Shown in pieces: positions 18,445 to 28,644 of a stretch of DNA of 64,000 nucleotides. The position numbers were made by a program, and so were the translations under genes. The notes below the pieces were generated by a model. That model was not told the DNA's origin and did not search any database. It saw nothing but the letters and a program-made list of their open reading frames with translations. Position 1 is the first letter of the stretch; each line of letters begins with the position of its first letter. The stretch comes from an uncultured Acidobacteriota bacterium (GTDB lineage: Bacteria; Acidobacteriota; Thermoanaerobaculia; Multivoradales; UBA5704), in NCBI GenBank assembly GCA_963700145.1, contig OY969474.1:2144001-2208000 (forward strand). The letters run 5' to 3'.

Positions 18445-20280
18445 ATGATCGGCAGGGTGGTCGGCAGCTACGAGATCCTCGAGCGGATCGGCGAGGGCGG
18501 GATGGGGACCGTCTACCGGGCGGTGGACCGGATGCTCGAGCGGGAGGTGGCGCTCAAGGCGATCCGGCCGGATCTCATGGCGCAGTCGCAGATCCTCGAG
18601 CGCTTCCGCTCCGAGGCGCGCGCGCTGGCGCGGCTCTCCCACCCCAACGTCGCCACCATCTACAGCTTCTTCCGCGAGGGCGAGGAGTACTTCCTGGCGA
18701 TGGAGTTCGTGCGCGGCCGCACCCTCGGCGAGCGGCTGCGCACCGAGGGCCCGCTGCCGCCCGAGACCGCGGTGCCGCTCTTCCTCTCGGCCCTCGCCGG
18801 GGTCGAGCACGCGCACGCCGCCGGCATCCTCCACCGCGACTTGAAGCCCGACAACCTGATGCTCGCCGAGAGCGGCGCGGTCAAGGTCATGGACTTCGGC
18901 CTGGCGCGGGCGGCGGGGAGCGGGCGGCTGACGACCTACGGCGTCCTCGTCGGCACGCTGCGCTACATGTCTCCCGAGCAGGTGCGCGGCGAGGACGCCG
19001 ACCGGCGCTCCGACGTCTACGCCCTCGGCGTCGTGCTCTTCGAGATGCTCACCGGCGGCCAGCCCTTCACCGGCAGCAGTGACTACGAGATCCTGCGCCT
19101 CAAGTGCGAGTCGGAGCCGAAGGCACCGCGCGCGCTCGCGCCGCACCTGCCGGAGTGGGTGGACGCGGTCGTGCTGCGGGCGCTGGCGCGGGAGCCGGAG
19201 GAGCGCTACCAGTCAGTGGCGGAGCTGGCCTCGACGCTGGCCGAGCACCAGCCGCTCCCGGCCTCCTACCGCCGGCCGAGCGCGCCGCCGCCCGCGGCCC
19301 TCTCGCCGGTCCCGGCGTCCGCCGCGCCGACGGTGGCGCCCACGCGCGTCCTGCCGGTCACGCAGCAGACCGCCATCCTGCCGCCCGCCGACACGCGGGT
19401 CGCGGCCCCGCCGGCGCCCGGCGGGGCCGCCGCGCCCGCGCGGCGCCGCGTCCCGCTCTGGCCGGTCGCCGCGGCGGCCGTCCTCGTCCTGGCGCTCGGC
19501 GGCGCGGCCTGGTGGGCGTTCGCCTTCGCACGGCGCGGCGAGCCCGACGCCGCGGCGGCGCCGGCGGAGCAGACCGCGGTGCCCGGCGCAAACGTGCCGC
19601 TCCTCCCGGCGCCCGACGAGACGGCCGGCACGCAGCCGGCCACCACGGGGCCGCCGATCGGCCAGGTCGTGGTCCAGCCACCGCCGGGCGACACGCCGGC
19701 CTATCCCGTCGCGGTCCCGCCCTCCTCTCCCCGCACGCCGGGGCGCCGGGAGATCCCGCCCCCCGCCGCACCGCCGGCTCCATCCGCCGCCGCGGACCCT
19801 CAGCCCGCCCCGCCGGCCCCTGCCGCCGCCGACGCCGCTCCGCAGCCTGCCGAGGAGCCCGCCGCGGGCGACGCCGCCGCCACGCCGCGGGTCGAGGGGC
19901 TACGGCAGCTCGAGCAGGCGGCGGCCGACCTCTACGCCGCCTACGACAACTACCTGGACTCCGACCGGCCCGAGCCGGCGAACGAGGACCTGGAGGACGA
20001 GCTGCTGGAGACGATGGAGCTCTTCGGGGAGGGCGTCACCGAGCTCCGGCAGGCGGTCGCCGCCTCGCAGCAGCAGGGCGGCCTGCGCCGCCTACGCGGC
20101 CGCTTCCCGGGCGCCCGCGACGAGCGGGTGCGCCTGCGCAACAAGGCCTGCGAGGCGGCGCGGCCGGCGCGGCGGATCGAAACGCTTCTGCCTCGGGTCG
20201 AGGCCCCGGCCAACGTCCGCCAGCAGTGGCAGGAAATCCGCCTCCACCTGCGCCCGGTGATGGGGCTCTGTCCCGGCTAG
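18445..20280 (+). CDS. Hanks-type Ser/Thr protein kinase with a TM helix and Pro-rich extracellular region
   Basis: GEGGMGTVY, VALK, HRDLKPDN, DFG and YMSPEQ motifs. Confidence 0.95.
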   Translation: MIGRVVGSYEILERIGEGGMGTVYRAVDRMLEREVALKAIRPDLMAQSQILERFRSEARALARLSHPNVATIYSFFREGEEYFLAMEFVRGRTLGERLRTEGPLPPETAVPLFLSALAGVEHAHAAGILHRDLKPDNLMLAESGAVKVMDFGLARAAGSGRLTTYGVLVGTLRYMSPEQVRGEDADRRSDVYALGVVLFEMLTGGQPFTGSSDYEILRLKCESEPKAPRALAPHLPEWVDAVVLRALAREPEERYQSVAELASTLAEHQPLPASYRRPSAPPPAALSPVPASAAPTVAPTRVLPVTQQTAILPPADTRVAAPPAPGGAAAPARRRVPLWPVAAAAVLVLALGGAAWWAFAFARRGEPDAAAAPAEQTAVPGANVPLLPAPDETAGTQPATTGPPIGQVVVQPPPGDTPAYPVAVPPSSPRTPGRREIPPPAAPPAPSAAADPQPAPPAPAAADAAPQPAEEPAAGDAAATPRVEGLRQLEQAAADLYAAYDNYLDSDRPEPANEDLEDELLETMELFGEGVTELRQAVAASQQQGGLRRLRGRFPGARDERVRLRNKACEAARPARRIETLLPRVEAPANVRQQWQEIRLHLRPVMGLCPG

Positions 20281-20293
20281 ACCGCTCCTCCCG

Positions 20294-21502
20294 CTACCAC
20301 CTGAAGATCGCCGCCAGCGGCGCGCCCTCCGCCGGCACCTCCTCCGCCGGCACGGCGAAGACCTCGCCGCCGTGGAGGAAGGTCTGGATCGCCGCCAGGT
20401 CGCAGAGATCCTCGCTCCCCGGGCTCGGCGCGTCGCCGTGGCCGTCGAGCTCGACCTTGCGCTCCTCCGGGTCCCAGCTCCCCCAGCAGCGCGCGCCGAC
20501 CGAGGTGAAGAGCGTGTCCACCCGCCCGTCGTGGGCGGCCGCGACCACTTCGTCGAGGTCGCCGGTGGCGCGGCCGGTGCCGCTCAGCTCGCCGTAGCGC
20601 TCCGCAAGGCGCCGGCGCCGCTCGAGGAAGAGCGGCTCGACCAGCTTCCAGGCGGCGGCGTGCAGCTCCTCCGGCCGTAGCACCTCGGGGTTGCCGAGCA
20701 CCCCCTCTTGCATCAGGTGTGGGTGCTGCGTCGCCTCGCGGTAGATCGGCAGCAGGTAGTCGACGCCGGCCAGCACCAGCGGCGCGTTGCGGTCGATCGG
20801 CAGCTCCTGGATGCCGTTGTCCACCCGCTTGAAGAAGTTGAACAGAGCGGTCTTGGTGTCGTCCTCGCTGGCACCGTGGCTGTGGAAGCCGGGCGCGCCG
20901 TGGCTCACCCGCGCGCCCGGGCCGCTCTGGGCGAAGGCCAGCGGCCTCTGCCCCAGCTCCTCCCCCACCGCCTCCTCGATGCTGCGCGGCACGTCCTTGA
21001 GGTCCACCTCCTCGACGCTCCAGCGGCTGCCTTCGAAGAGCCGGATGTCGTGCATCGCGATCGCCAGGACGAAGAAGCGGCCGTCGCCGTCGAAGAGCGA
21101 GAAGACGGGCTTCAGGTGGAAGCGGTCCTCGACCGCCGCCAGCTCGTCGAAGCGCAGCGGCAGGCGGTAGACGCGGACCAGGTCGGGGGCGCGGAAGGCC
21201 GCCAGCCCTTCGCTCTGGTGCTGCCAGAAATCGGTGTCGTCCTGGAAGGCGCGCAGCGGCTCGAGCAACTCTTCGATCTCGGGCCGGCGCAGGCCGCGCT
21301 CGGCGAGCTGCTCCTCGGCGGCGCGCAGCAGGTTCTTCCAGCGGATCGGGTTCTGCTGCGTCTCCGCCCCGGCGCGCGCCGTGGGCAGGAAGATCGAGAT
21401 ACAGGGCCCGGGACGGGGCTCCAGCAGGCCGCGGACCTCCTCGCGGGTCAGCGGGCCGGGCAGGGCGGTCTCGACAGGGAGGGGGGTCTCGACTCTCGTC
21501 AT
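20294..21502 (-). CDS. Bacterial archaeo-eukaryotic release factor (baeRF3/7-like) family protein
   Basis: PCISIFLPT, RFHLKP, PLVLAGVDYLLPIYRE, AAHDGRVDTLF and C-terminal AAIFRW. Confidence 0.75.
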   Translation of the reverse strand: MTRVETPLPVETALPGPLTREEVRGLLEPRPGPCISIFLPTARAGAETQQNPIRWKNLLRAAEEQLAERGLRRPEIEELLEPLRAFQDDTDFWQHQSEGLAAFRAPDLVRVYRLPLRFDELAAVEDRFHLKPVFSLFDGDGRFFVLAIAMHDIRLFEGSRWSVEEVDLKDVPRSIEEAVGEELGQRPLAFAQSGPGARVSHGAPGFHSHGASEDDTKTALFNFFKRVDNGIQELPIDRNAPLVLAGVDYLLPIYREATQHPHLMQEGVLGNPEVLRPEELHAAAWKLVEPLFLERRRRLAERYGELSGTGRATGDLDEVVAAAHDGRVDTLFTSVGARCWGSWDPEERKVELDGHGDAPSPGSEDLCDLAAIQTFLHGGEVFAVPAEEVPAEGAPLAAIFRW

Positions 21503-21557
21503 CGTGGGCACCTCCTTCGCGCGTGCGCCGAAGAGACGGTGCAACCGACATGCCTCC

Positions 21558-21563
21558 TATAAT
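21558..21563 (+). promoter_or_regulatory. Consensus -10 box of a probably leaderless transcript
   Basis: TATAAT 6 nt upstream of ATG 21570 with no SD. Confidence 0.6.
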
Positions 21564-21569
21564 CGTCGT

Positions 21570-22037
21570 ATGGCCACATCACCCCAGCAGCGCATCGAGT
21601 CCGACCTCAAGGAAGCGCTCAAGGCCGGGCAGAAGGAGCGGCTCTCGACCCTGCGTCTCCTGCTGACCGAGATCAAGAACGAGCGCATCCGCCGCGGCGG
21701 CGAGGTGGACGAGCCGGCCTTCGTCGCCCTCGTGCGCAAGGCGGTGAAGCAGCGGGAAGAGGCCGCGACGCAGTACCGCCAGGGGGCGCGCCCCGAGCTG
21801 GCCGAGAAGGAGGAGCGGGAGGCGGTCGTCCTCACCGCCTACCTGCCCGCCCAGGCCGACGAGGCGCAGATCCGTGCCGCGATCGAGGAGCTGGTGGCCG
21901 CCCGCGGCCTTGCCGGCCCCGCCGGCATCGGCCCGGTGATGAAGGAGATGCTCGCCCGCTTCGGCTCCGCCGCCGACGGCGCGACGATCAACCGCCTGGC
22001 GCGCGAGATCCTCACTCGGGCGAACTCTGGGACCTAA
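21570..22037 (+). CDS. GatB/YqeY domain protein
   Basis: DLKEALKAG...LSTLRLL...KQREEAATQY...AYLP...GPVMK. Confidence 0.92.
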   Translation: MATSPQQRIESDLKEALKAGQKERLSTLRLLLTEIKNERIRRGGEVDEPAFVALVRKAVKQREEAATQYRQGARPELAEKEEREAVVLTAYLPAQADEAQIRAAIEELVAARGLAGPAGIGPVMKEMLARFGSAADGATINRLAREILTRANSGT

Positions 22038-22057
22038 GGCGCGAAAGCTTTCGCGCC
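22038..22057. promoter_or_regulatory. Perfect 20-bp palindrome directly upstream of selB
   Basis: GGCGCGAAAGCTTTCGCGCC, 12 nt before the TTG start. Confidence 0.5.
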
Positions 22058-22069
22058 GTGTGAAATCAA

Positions 22070-23968
22070 TTGCGCCGCGTCGTCGTCGGCACCGCCGGCC
22101 ACATCGACCACGGCAAGACCCGCCTCGTCCAGGCCCTCACCGGCATCGACTGCGATCGCTGGGCCGAGGAGAAGGCCCGCGGCATCACCATCGACCTCGG
22201 CTTCGCCTACCTCTTCGACGGCGACCTGCAGGTCGGCTTCGTGGACGTCCCCGGCCACGAGCGCTTCCTGCACAACGCGCTGGCCGGCTTGGGCGGCATC
22301 CGCATCATGCTGCTCGTCGTCGCCGCCGACGAGGGGGTGAAGCCGCAGACCCGCGAGCACCTGGCGGTCTGCTCGCTCCTCGGCATCCCGGCGGGGCTCG
22401 TCGCCCTGACCAAGACCGACCTCGTCTCCGCCGACCTCCAGGAGCTGGCACAGCTCGAGGTCGAGGAGCTGCTGGCCGCAACCCCGTTCGCCGGCGCGCC
22501 GGTCTTGCCGGTGTCGAGCGAGACCGGCGCCGGGATCGCGGAGCTCAAGGCCGCGATCCTCGACCTCGCCGCCCGCCACGCCGCGCCGCACGACGCAGCG
22601 CTTCCCGCCCGCCTCCCGGTCGATCGCGCCTTCCACCTCAAAGGGCTCGGCGTCGTCGTCACCGGCACGCTGGCGAGCGGCGAGGTGCGGCCGGGGGACG
22701 CGCTGGAGCTGCTGCCGCGCGGCGAGCGGCTGCGGGTGCGGAGCGTCCAGGTGCACGGCCGGCCGCGCGAGGCGGCGGTGGCCGGGGAGCGCACCTCGCT
22801 CCAGCTCACCGGCGTGGAGCTCGACGCCCTGGCCCGCGGCATGACCCTCGCCGCCCTCGGCGCCTTCGCCGCCACCACCCGCCTCCTCGCCGACTTCCAT
22901 CTTCTGCCCGACGCGCCGGCGCCCTTGCACGGCTGGACGCCCGTACGCCTCCACCTCTACGCCAGCGAGGTGCTGGGGCGGCTGCGGCCGCTCGGGGCCG
23001 GCGGGATCGCGCCGGGCGGCAGCGGCCCGGTCGAGGTCCGCCTGGAGGCGCCGGTCGTGGCGGTGCGCGGCGACCGCTACGTCGTCCGCCGTCCCTCTCC
23101 CGCCGCCACTCTCGGCGGCGGTCGCGTGCTCGATCCCCGCTGGCGCCGCCACCGCGCGCGCGACCTGCCGGGAACTCTGGCCGCCCTCGCCGGCGACCTC
23201 CGCGCCGCGCTCCTCGCCTGGGGCGAGGAGGCGGGCGAGCGCGGGCTGGAGGCGGCGGAAGCGGCGCGGCGTCTCGGCGTGCCGGCGGAGCGGGCCGCGG
23301 CGGAGCTGGCCGCGCTTGCCGGCGCGCAGAAGCTCCTCGAGGTGCCGGAGGGGCCGGGGTACGCCCGCCGCTGGATCGCCCCCGCGGCGGTGCGCCGGGT
23401 CTCCGAGCGCGCCCGGCGGGTGCTCGCCGAGCACTTCCGGCGCGACCGCCTCGCCGAGGCGATGCCGCGGGCCGAGGCGGTGCGCCGCATCCTGCGCGGC
23501 GCCGCCGACCTCGCGCCGGTCTACCTCCCCTGGCTGGAGGCCGAGCGGGTGCTGGCGGTGCGCGGCGACCTCGTGACCCTCCCCGGCCGCACCGCCGAGC
23601 TGACCGGCGAGGAGTCGCGTCTGGCCGCCGCGGTGCAGGAGCGCTTCGACCGCGGCGGGCTCACCCCGCCCTCGCCCGCCGAGATGGCGCGCGAGCTGGG
23701 AGCCAAGCCGCAGATCGTCGACGGCGTCGTCCGCCACCTCGTCGAGCGCGCGCGCCTGGTCAAGCTCCCCGCCGGCCTGGTGCTCTCGGCCGCCGTGCTC
23801 GCCGAGCTGCGCGACCGCCTCCTCGCCAGCGACTGGGAGCGCTTCTCGGTGGCCGACTTCAAGGACCGCTTCGGCCTCTCGCGGAAATGGGCGATCCCGC
23901 TCCTCGAGCACCTCGACTCGACCGGCGCCACCCGGCGGGTCGGCGACGAGCGGCAGGTCGTGCGCTAG
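22070..23968 (+). CDS. selB: Selenocysteine-specific elongation factor SelB
   Basis: [32 protein letters not shown] and the C-terminal winged helix [15 protein letters not shown]. Confidence 0.96.
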   Translation: MRRVVVGTAGHIDHGKTRLVQALTGIDCDRWAEEKARGITIDLGFAYLFDGDLQVGFVDVPGHERFLHNALAGLGGIRIMLLVVAADEGVKPQTREHLAVCSLLGIPAGLVALTKTDLVSADLQELAQLEVEELLAATPFAGAPVLPVSSETGAGIAELKAAILDLAARHAAPHDAALPARLPVDRAFHLKGLGVVVTGTLASGEVRPGDALELLPRGERLRVRSVQVHGRPREAAVAGERTSLQLTGVELDALARGMTLAALGAFAATTRLLADFHLLPDAPAPLHGWTPVRLHLYASEVLGRLRPLGAGGIAPGGSGPVEVRLEAPVVAVRGDRYVVRRPSPAATLGGGRVLDPRWRRHRARDLPGTLAALAGDLRAALLAWGEEAGERGLEAAEAARRLGVPAERAAAELAALAGAQKLLEVPEGPGYARRWIAPAAVRRVSERARRVLAEHFRRDRLAEAMPRAEAVRRILRGAADLAPVYLPWLEAERVLAVRGDLVTLPGRTAELTGEESRLAAAVQERFDRGGLTPPSPAEMARELGAKPQIVDGVVRHLVERARLVKLPAGLVLSAAVLAELRDRLLASDWERFSVADFKDRFGLSRKWAIPLLEHLDSTGATRRVGDERQVVR

Positions 23969-24106
23969 CCCTTCGACCGTCCTCTCAGGAGGACGAGCGC
24001 GCCTCTCCGCCGCGCCGCCCGTTCCGTCCGAAGCCCTTTCGTTTCAGTCGCTTCGCGGTGGCATATCGCTTGCTCTCTATGGACCGCGAAGACAGGAGGA
24101 CCGACA

Positions 24107-24619
24107 ATGAGAACCGCGCTCCGAAAGACCCTGCTCGCCCTCGCCGCCGTCGCCATGCTGGTGCCGGCGACGGCCGACGCGCAGGTCCAGCGTCGCAACC
24201 GTGACCGTGCCTACGATCGCTACAACCAGCGCTACCAGGGCGACTGGGCGGCGGCCGAGCTCGAGAAGATGGCCCGCCAGGTCCACCGCCAGGCCCTCGA
24301 CTACCAGCGCGGCGGCGGCCGCGGCGAGCGCGAGGTGATCAACCGCCTGCGGGCCCTGGAGGAGGCCGCCCGCGCCTTCAACCGCAGCGGCGGCGACGAG
24401 CGGGCCTTCGAGCGGCTCGCCGACACCTACTTCGCGGCCGGCGACGCCCTCTCGCGCATCCGCTACCGCGCCCACGTCTACGGCGGTTTCAACCGGATCG
24501 ACCAGCTCATGGACGAGATGTTCAACCGCTACGGCTACCGCGACCGGCGCTTCAGCAACGATCGCCTCCGTGACCAGGATCGCTTCCGCGACCGGCCGCG
24601 CGACCGCTGGCGCTACTAG
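24107..24619 (+). CDS. Hypothetical secreted Arg-rich helical protein
   Basis: AGGAGG SD, signal peptide, host-like codon usage. Confidence 0.75.
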   Translation: MRTALRKTLLALAAVAMLVPATADAQVQRRNRDRAYDRYNQRYQGDWAAAELEKMARQVHRQALDYQRGGGRGEREVINRLRALEEAARAFNRSGGDERAFERLADTYFAAGDALSRIRYRAHVYGGFNRIDQLMDEMFNRYGYRDRRFSNDRLRDQDRFRDRPRDRWRY

Positions 24620-24712
24620 CGGTCTGGAGAGCGCTCCGTCTTGCAGCGGCTCAGCGTTGGGGGCGCTGCAGCCGCCCAGCGCTCGCCCGGCCTTACTGCA
24701 TTGACTTCGATA

Positions 24713-24750
24713 CCCCCTCCCTGGCCCTCCCCCGCTGCGCGGGGGAGGGA
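24713..24750. repeat. REP-like hairpin
   Basis: CCCCCTCCCTGG followed by CCCTCCCCCGC-TGC-GCGGGGGAGGG. Confidence 0.6.
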
Positions 24751-24782
24751 GCTTCGTCTCTCCGGCTAAACTACCCGCTCAC

Positions 24783-25166
24783 ATGAGCTCCTCTCGCACC
24801 ATCGCGGTGCTCGGCGCCTCCGGCAACCGGCGGAAGTACGGCAACAAGTCGGTGCGCGCCTACCAGGCCGCGGGCTACAAGGTCTACCCGGTCAACCCGC
24901 ACGAGACCGAGGTCGAGGGGCTGCCCGCGCTGGCGCGGCTCGCCGACGTGCCGGAGCCGCTGGAGCGGATCAGCGTCTACCTCCAGCCGGAGGTCACGCT
25001 CCAGGTGCTGCCGGAGATCGAGGCGGCCGGCGCGCGCGAGGTCTGGTTCAACCCCGGCTCGGCCGACGCCCAGGTCGTCGAGGAGGCCCGCCGGCTCGGC
25101 CTCCCCGTCCGCCACGGCTGCAGCATCGTGGACATCGGCTTCAGCCCGGCCCAGTTCCCCGCCTGA
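24783..25166 (+). CDS. CoA-binding (YccU-like) protein
   Basis: TIAVLGAS...KYGNK...VYPVNP...VWFNPG. Confidence 0.88.
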   Translation: MSSSRTIAVLGASGNRRKYGNKSVRAYQAAGYKVYPVNPHETEVEGLPALARLADVPEPLERISVYLQPEVTLQVLPEIEAAGAREVWFNPGSADAQVVEEARRLGLPVRHGCSIVDIGFSPAQFPA

Positions 25167-25211
25167 ATCTTCCGTATCGTTGTCCCCTTTTTTCCTCTTC
25201 AAGCAACTTAA

Positions 25212-25847
25212 GGAGGCAGAGGAGGGTCCGCCACGGCGACCGATCTGTTCTCCCGAATCCAGGCTCACCTCGTCGTCCTCGCCGAGGAGCGGGAGGCGGC
25301 ATGCGGGCACTTGGCCGACCTCCTCGCCCTGCCGGCGGCGCAGCGCGAGGGCGCCACCCGCGTCCGCCCCGCCTGGCAGACGTTCGGCCTCGCCGAGCTG
25401 CTGGTCGAGCGGAGCGCCGAGGCGGCGCCGCGCGCGGCGCTCGAGCTGGCGCGCCTCGCCGTGGCGGTCGCCGCCTGCCTCGAGCCGGCGCGCTACACCG
25501 CTTCCCTGGTGTGCGACCTGCGGGCCCGCGCCTGGGCGCAGCTAGCCGAGGCGCGGCGGCTCGACGGCGACCTCGCCGGCGCCGCCAAGGCGCTGGACGT
25601 CGCCGAGGAGCTGTGCGAAGAGGGGTCGGCGGACCCGCTGTTGGAGGCCCACCTCCTGGAGCGGCGCGCAGCGCTCCGCGCCGGCCGGGGGGACGCCGAG
25701 GACGCGGCCGCGATGCTGGAGCGGGCGGCGAAGATCTACGAGAGCGTGGCCGACGCGCCGCGCGCGGTCAGCGCCCGGCTCGCAGCCTCCGCGCTGGGCG
25801 CCTCCGAGCTGGGCGCGCCGCCTCGCGCCGCCCGGGCCGCGGGCTAG
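25212..25847 (+). pseudogene. Probable 5'-truncated TPR-like helical protein
   Basis: Protein-like frame (EEREAA...QTFGLAELLVERS...DLRARAWAQLAEARR) extends upstream of TTG 25311 with no good start codon. Confidence 0.45.
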
Positions 25848-26833
25848 CGCGCGGCGCGCAGCGTCGCGGCGCGGCCGAGCCAGCGACCCGCCCGCCGCAG
25901 CGGCAGCGGCAGGCACCGCGCTCCTCTTCCCTCGACGCGCGCCGGGATGGTCTCGAAGAGCAGCTCCGCCCACTGCGGCAGGATCGCCGCCGCCGTGTAG
26001 TCGGCGGCGCGGGCGCGACCGTTCTCGACCATCGCGGCGTAGAGCCCGGGCTCGGCGAGCAGGCGCTCGACCGCCCGCTCCGCCTCCGCGCGCGTGCCGG
26101 CCTCCAGGTAATCGAGGGGCGAGCGGCGGAGCTCGCGGTAGGCGACCTCCGGCCCGAGCAGCGCCGGCACCCCGGCCAGCCAGGCGTTGACCAGCTTGCT
26201 CGCCGGTTTCCAGCGCCAGAGCGTGCGCTGCGGCGGGCGCACCGCGACGATCAGGTCGAGGTCCCGGTGGTCGGGCCAGTCGAGCGGCAGCCTGTCGGTG
26301 GCCGCCCGGGGGAACTCGACCGAGTCCACCACCCACTCGATGCCGCACGCGGCCAGGAAGTCGCGCCAGGCCGGGGCGCGGAGGTCGAGGTGGAGGTTGG
26401 CGTCGAAGCCCTTGTAGGCGGCGCGCTCGAGGCGGCTGCCGCGCGCCGGGTCGCGCGGCACGAGCGCCGGCTGCGGCCAGTGCGGCAGGTGGAAGCGGCG
26501 GCGGCCGTCGGCGAACCAGCCGTTCTGGAGGATCTCGAAGTCGGCGGCGAGCGGCTCGCGGTTGTCGGCGCGAACGCCGACCAGGACCGCGTCGCCGAGC
26601 GCGCCCCCGGCGGCGCAGAGCGCCCGCTCGTGCTTGGCGTGGAAGACGACGAGCCCGCCCGCCGGCGGGGTGCCGGCGAGCTTGACCGGCCAGCCGGCGC
26701 GGGCGAGGCGCAGGTAGGCCTGGAGCACCCAGATCCGCTCGCCGCGCTGGAACTCCCGCCATTCGCGGTCGGGGTCGATCCCCGCCAGGCGCTCGAGGTC
26801 CGGCTCGCCGGCGAGGAAGAAAGTGACCTCCAC
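25844..26833 (-). CDS. Glycosyltransferase (GT-B like)
   Basis: KPASKLVNAWLAGVPALL...YAAMVENGRARAADY. Confidence 0.75.
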   Translation of the reverse strand: MEVTFFLAGEPDLERLAGIDPDREWREFQRGERIWVLQAYLRLARAGWPVKLAGTPPAGGLVVFHAKHERALCAAGGALGDAVLVGVRADNREPLAADFEILQNGWFADGRRRFHLPHWPQPALVPRDPARGSRLERAAYKGFDANLHLDLRAPAWRDFLAACGIEWVVDSVEFPRAATDRLPLDWPDHRDLDLIVAVRPPQRTLWRWKPASKLVNAWLAGVPALLGPEVAYRELRRSPLDYLEAGTRAEAERAVERLLAEPGLYAAMVENGRARAADYTAAAILPQWAELLFETIPARVEGRGARCLPLPLRRAGRWLGRAATLRAAR

Positions 26834-26886
26834 GGGCGCGCCAGCCTAGCAGCGCGCGCCCGCCGGACCGCGACATAATCGCCGCC

Positions 26887-27297
26887 ATGTCCGTCGAGAT
26901 CACCGGCCGCTACGTCGGCCACCTGAAAGTGGAGCTGACGCACGAGCCCTCCGGTACCGTGCTCACCACGGCCGCGCCCAAGGACAACCAGGGGGACGGC
27001 AGCTCCTTCTCCCCCACCGACCTCCTCGCCACCTCCCTCGGCGCCTGCATGATGACGCTGATCGCCATCGTCGGCACGCGCGAGGGAGTGGACCTCGACG
27101 GCCTCCGCTTCCGCCTGGAGAAGCACATGAAGAGCGACCCGCGGCGCGTGGGCTCGGTGCCGGTGACGATCTGGATGCCGGCGGGCCTCACCCCGGACCA
27201 GCGGCGGAAGCTCGAGAACGCCGCCCTCACCTGCCCGGTCCACAAGAGCCTGCCGCCCGAGCTCGAGCGGGAGGTGCGGTTCGTCTACCCGGACTGA
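26887..27297 (+). CDS. OsmC-family protein
   Basis: APKDNQGDGSSFSPTDLLATSLGAC...CPVHKSL. Confidence 0.92.
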   Translation: MSVEITGRYVGHLKVELTHEPSGTVLTTAAPKDNQGDGSSFSPTDLLATSLGACMMTLIAIVGTREGVDLDGLRFRLEKHMKSDPRRVGSVPVTIWMPAGLTPDQRRKLENAALTCPVHKSLPPELEREVRFVYPD

Positions 27298-27722
27298 GCC
27301 GGGTCCAGCGTCTGTAGGAGGCGCTGGGCCTCTTCCGGGGTGAACACCCCGTCGTCCTTGCACTTCCAGATCATCATGCGCAGGGTCGCGCGCTGGAGAA
27401 CGCCGACGGCCGTCGCGGCAGGATCGCCTTCCGGCGGCGCCTCGGGAGCGGCGGACGTTGGAGGGGGCGTGGATGGGCCGAGCGCCCCTTGGAAGAAGTC
27501 GCCGGGCGGCAGATCGATGGCCCGCAGCACGGCGAGGACGTGCGCCACCTTGAGCTGCACCGAGCCGCGCAGCACCTGGCGTAGGTAGTCCTGCCCGATC
27601 TGGGCGCCCTTCTCGACATCGCGGTAGCTCTTTCCCGACTCGCGGATCCTCTCCTTCAGCGCCTCCAAGATCCTCCGGGTCTCCGGGTCCGTGGTGCCCA
27701 AATAAGCTGTCTTGTCCCGCAC
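27285..27722 (-). CDS. Xre/cro-like HTH transcriptional regulator
   Basis: IRESGKSYRDVEKGAQIGQDYLRQVLRGSVQLKVAHVLAVL. Confidence 0.8.
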   Translation of the reverse strand: MRDKTAYLGTTDPETRRILEALKERIRESGKSYRDVEKGAQIGQDYLRQVLRGSVQLKVAHVLAVLRAIDLPPGDFFQGALGPSTPPPTSAAPEAPPEGDPAATAVGVLQRATLRMMIWKCKDDGVFTPEEAQRLLQTLDPAQSG

Positions 27723-27758
27723 GGCGGAGAGCCTATCTCAACGGCTTGACGGAGGGTT

Positions 27759-27813
27759 GTCAACGGTTCTTGGCTTATAACCGTTGACTTCACTCCGCTA
27801 GGCATCGTAAGAT
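27759..27813 (+). promoter_or_regulatory. Palindromic operator overlapping a sigma70-like promoter
   Basis: GTCAACGGTT-N10-AACCGTTGAC at 27759-27788; TTGACT at 27784 and TAAGAT at 27808 with an 18-nt spacer. Confidence 0.6.
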
Positions 27814-27860
27814 GCTCCATGCCGTTCATTTCTCTCCATCCGCTGGAAGCTCGGCCCGGC

Positions 27861-28120
27861 ACCGTTGCGGGCGCTCGCTTTCCATTCCGGACGCTCCGGT
27901 ACCGTGCCGGCCGCGCCGTTACGGTGACGGCGCGCCCGTTACGGAGATGGTCGTCCCGTTACCGTAACGGAGCGGCAGTCACGGTAACGGCGCGCCCGTT
28001 ATCGAGACGGGGCGCCCGTTATGGAGATGGAGCGCCCGTTACGGTAACGAGGCGCCCGTCATGGAGACGGAGCTTCCGTCACCGTAACGGAGCGCCCGTC
28101 ATCGTGACGGAGCTTCCGGC
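27861..28120. repeat. Tandem array of about 13 units of 20 bp
   Basis: Units such as ACCGTAACGGAGCGCCCGTC and ACGGTAACGGCGCGCCCGTT in exact 20-nt register. Confidence 0.92.
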
Positions 28121-28204
28121 GGCGATCCGGGGCCCTCCGACCCGCCGTGGCGCCACGCGCGGCGACTTCATCCCCCCTGAACAGCTCAAGAAAGGAGGCA
28201 CATC

Positions 28205-28597
28205 ATGCCCGACGTTCCGATTCCCCGTTCCCTCGCGGACCGGCTCAAGAAGTGGGAGCAGCTCCGCGACAAGATCCCGACCGTCCTCGAGCAGACGCCG
28301 CACCTGCGCGAGGAGCACGCCAACTTCGACCAGGCGCTCAAGCAGCTCGTCCTCTTCGAGCACGAGCAGGAAGCCGCGACCGCCCGTCTGCGGGAGGCCA
28401 CGCGCCTGCGCGACGAGCAGGACAACCGTGTCCGCCTGCTCAACAACCGCCTGGTCGCCGGCCTCCAGGCCCACTTCGGCCCCGAGAGCGAGCGCCTGAT
28501 CGAGTTCGCGATCCCGCCCCGGCGGCGGCGCCGCCGCCGCAAGAGCGAGCTCCTCAAGGCCCCGACCGGCGTGAAGGCCCAGGAGCCGGCCAACTAG
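28205..28597 (+). CDS. Hypothetical helical protein with a poly-Arg tail
   Basis: Strong SD AAAGGAGG; coiled coil followed by [23 protein letters not shown]. Confidence 0.8.
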   Translation: MPDVPIPRSLADRLKKWEQLRDKIPTVLEQTPHLREEHANFDQALKQLVLFEHEQEAATARLREATRLRDEQDNRVRLLNNRLVAGLQAHFGPESERLIEFAIPPRRRRRRRKSELLKAPTGVKAQEPAN

Positions 28598-28644
28598 ATA
28601 GCACTGCCGGCGGAGAGCGCCCTGCCCTCCGCCGGCCCCTTCGT

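Noticed and set aside
22070-27297. Selenoprotein genes near selB
   Set aside because: The neighbouring OsmC and CoA-binding proteins use Cys, and I found no in-frame TGA with continued homology.
27861-28120. CRISPR array, or coding repeat in ORF 27819-28499
   Set aside because: No spacers. The 20-nt period shifts frame each unit, and that ORF overlaps the better-supported gene at 28205.
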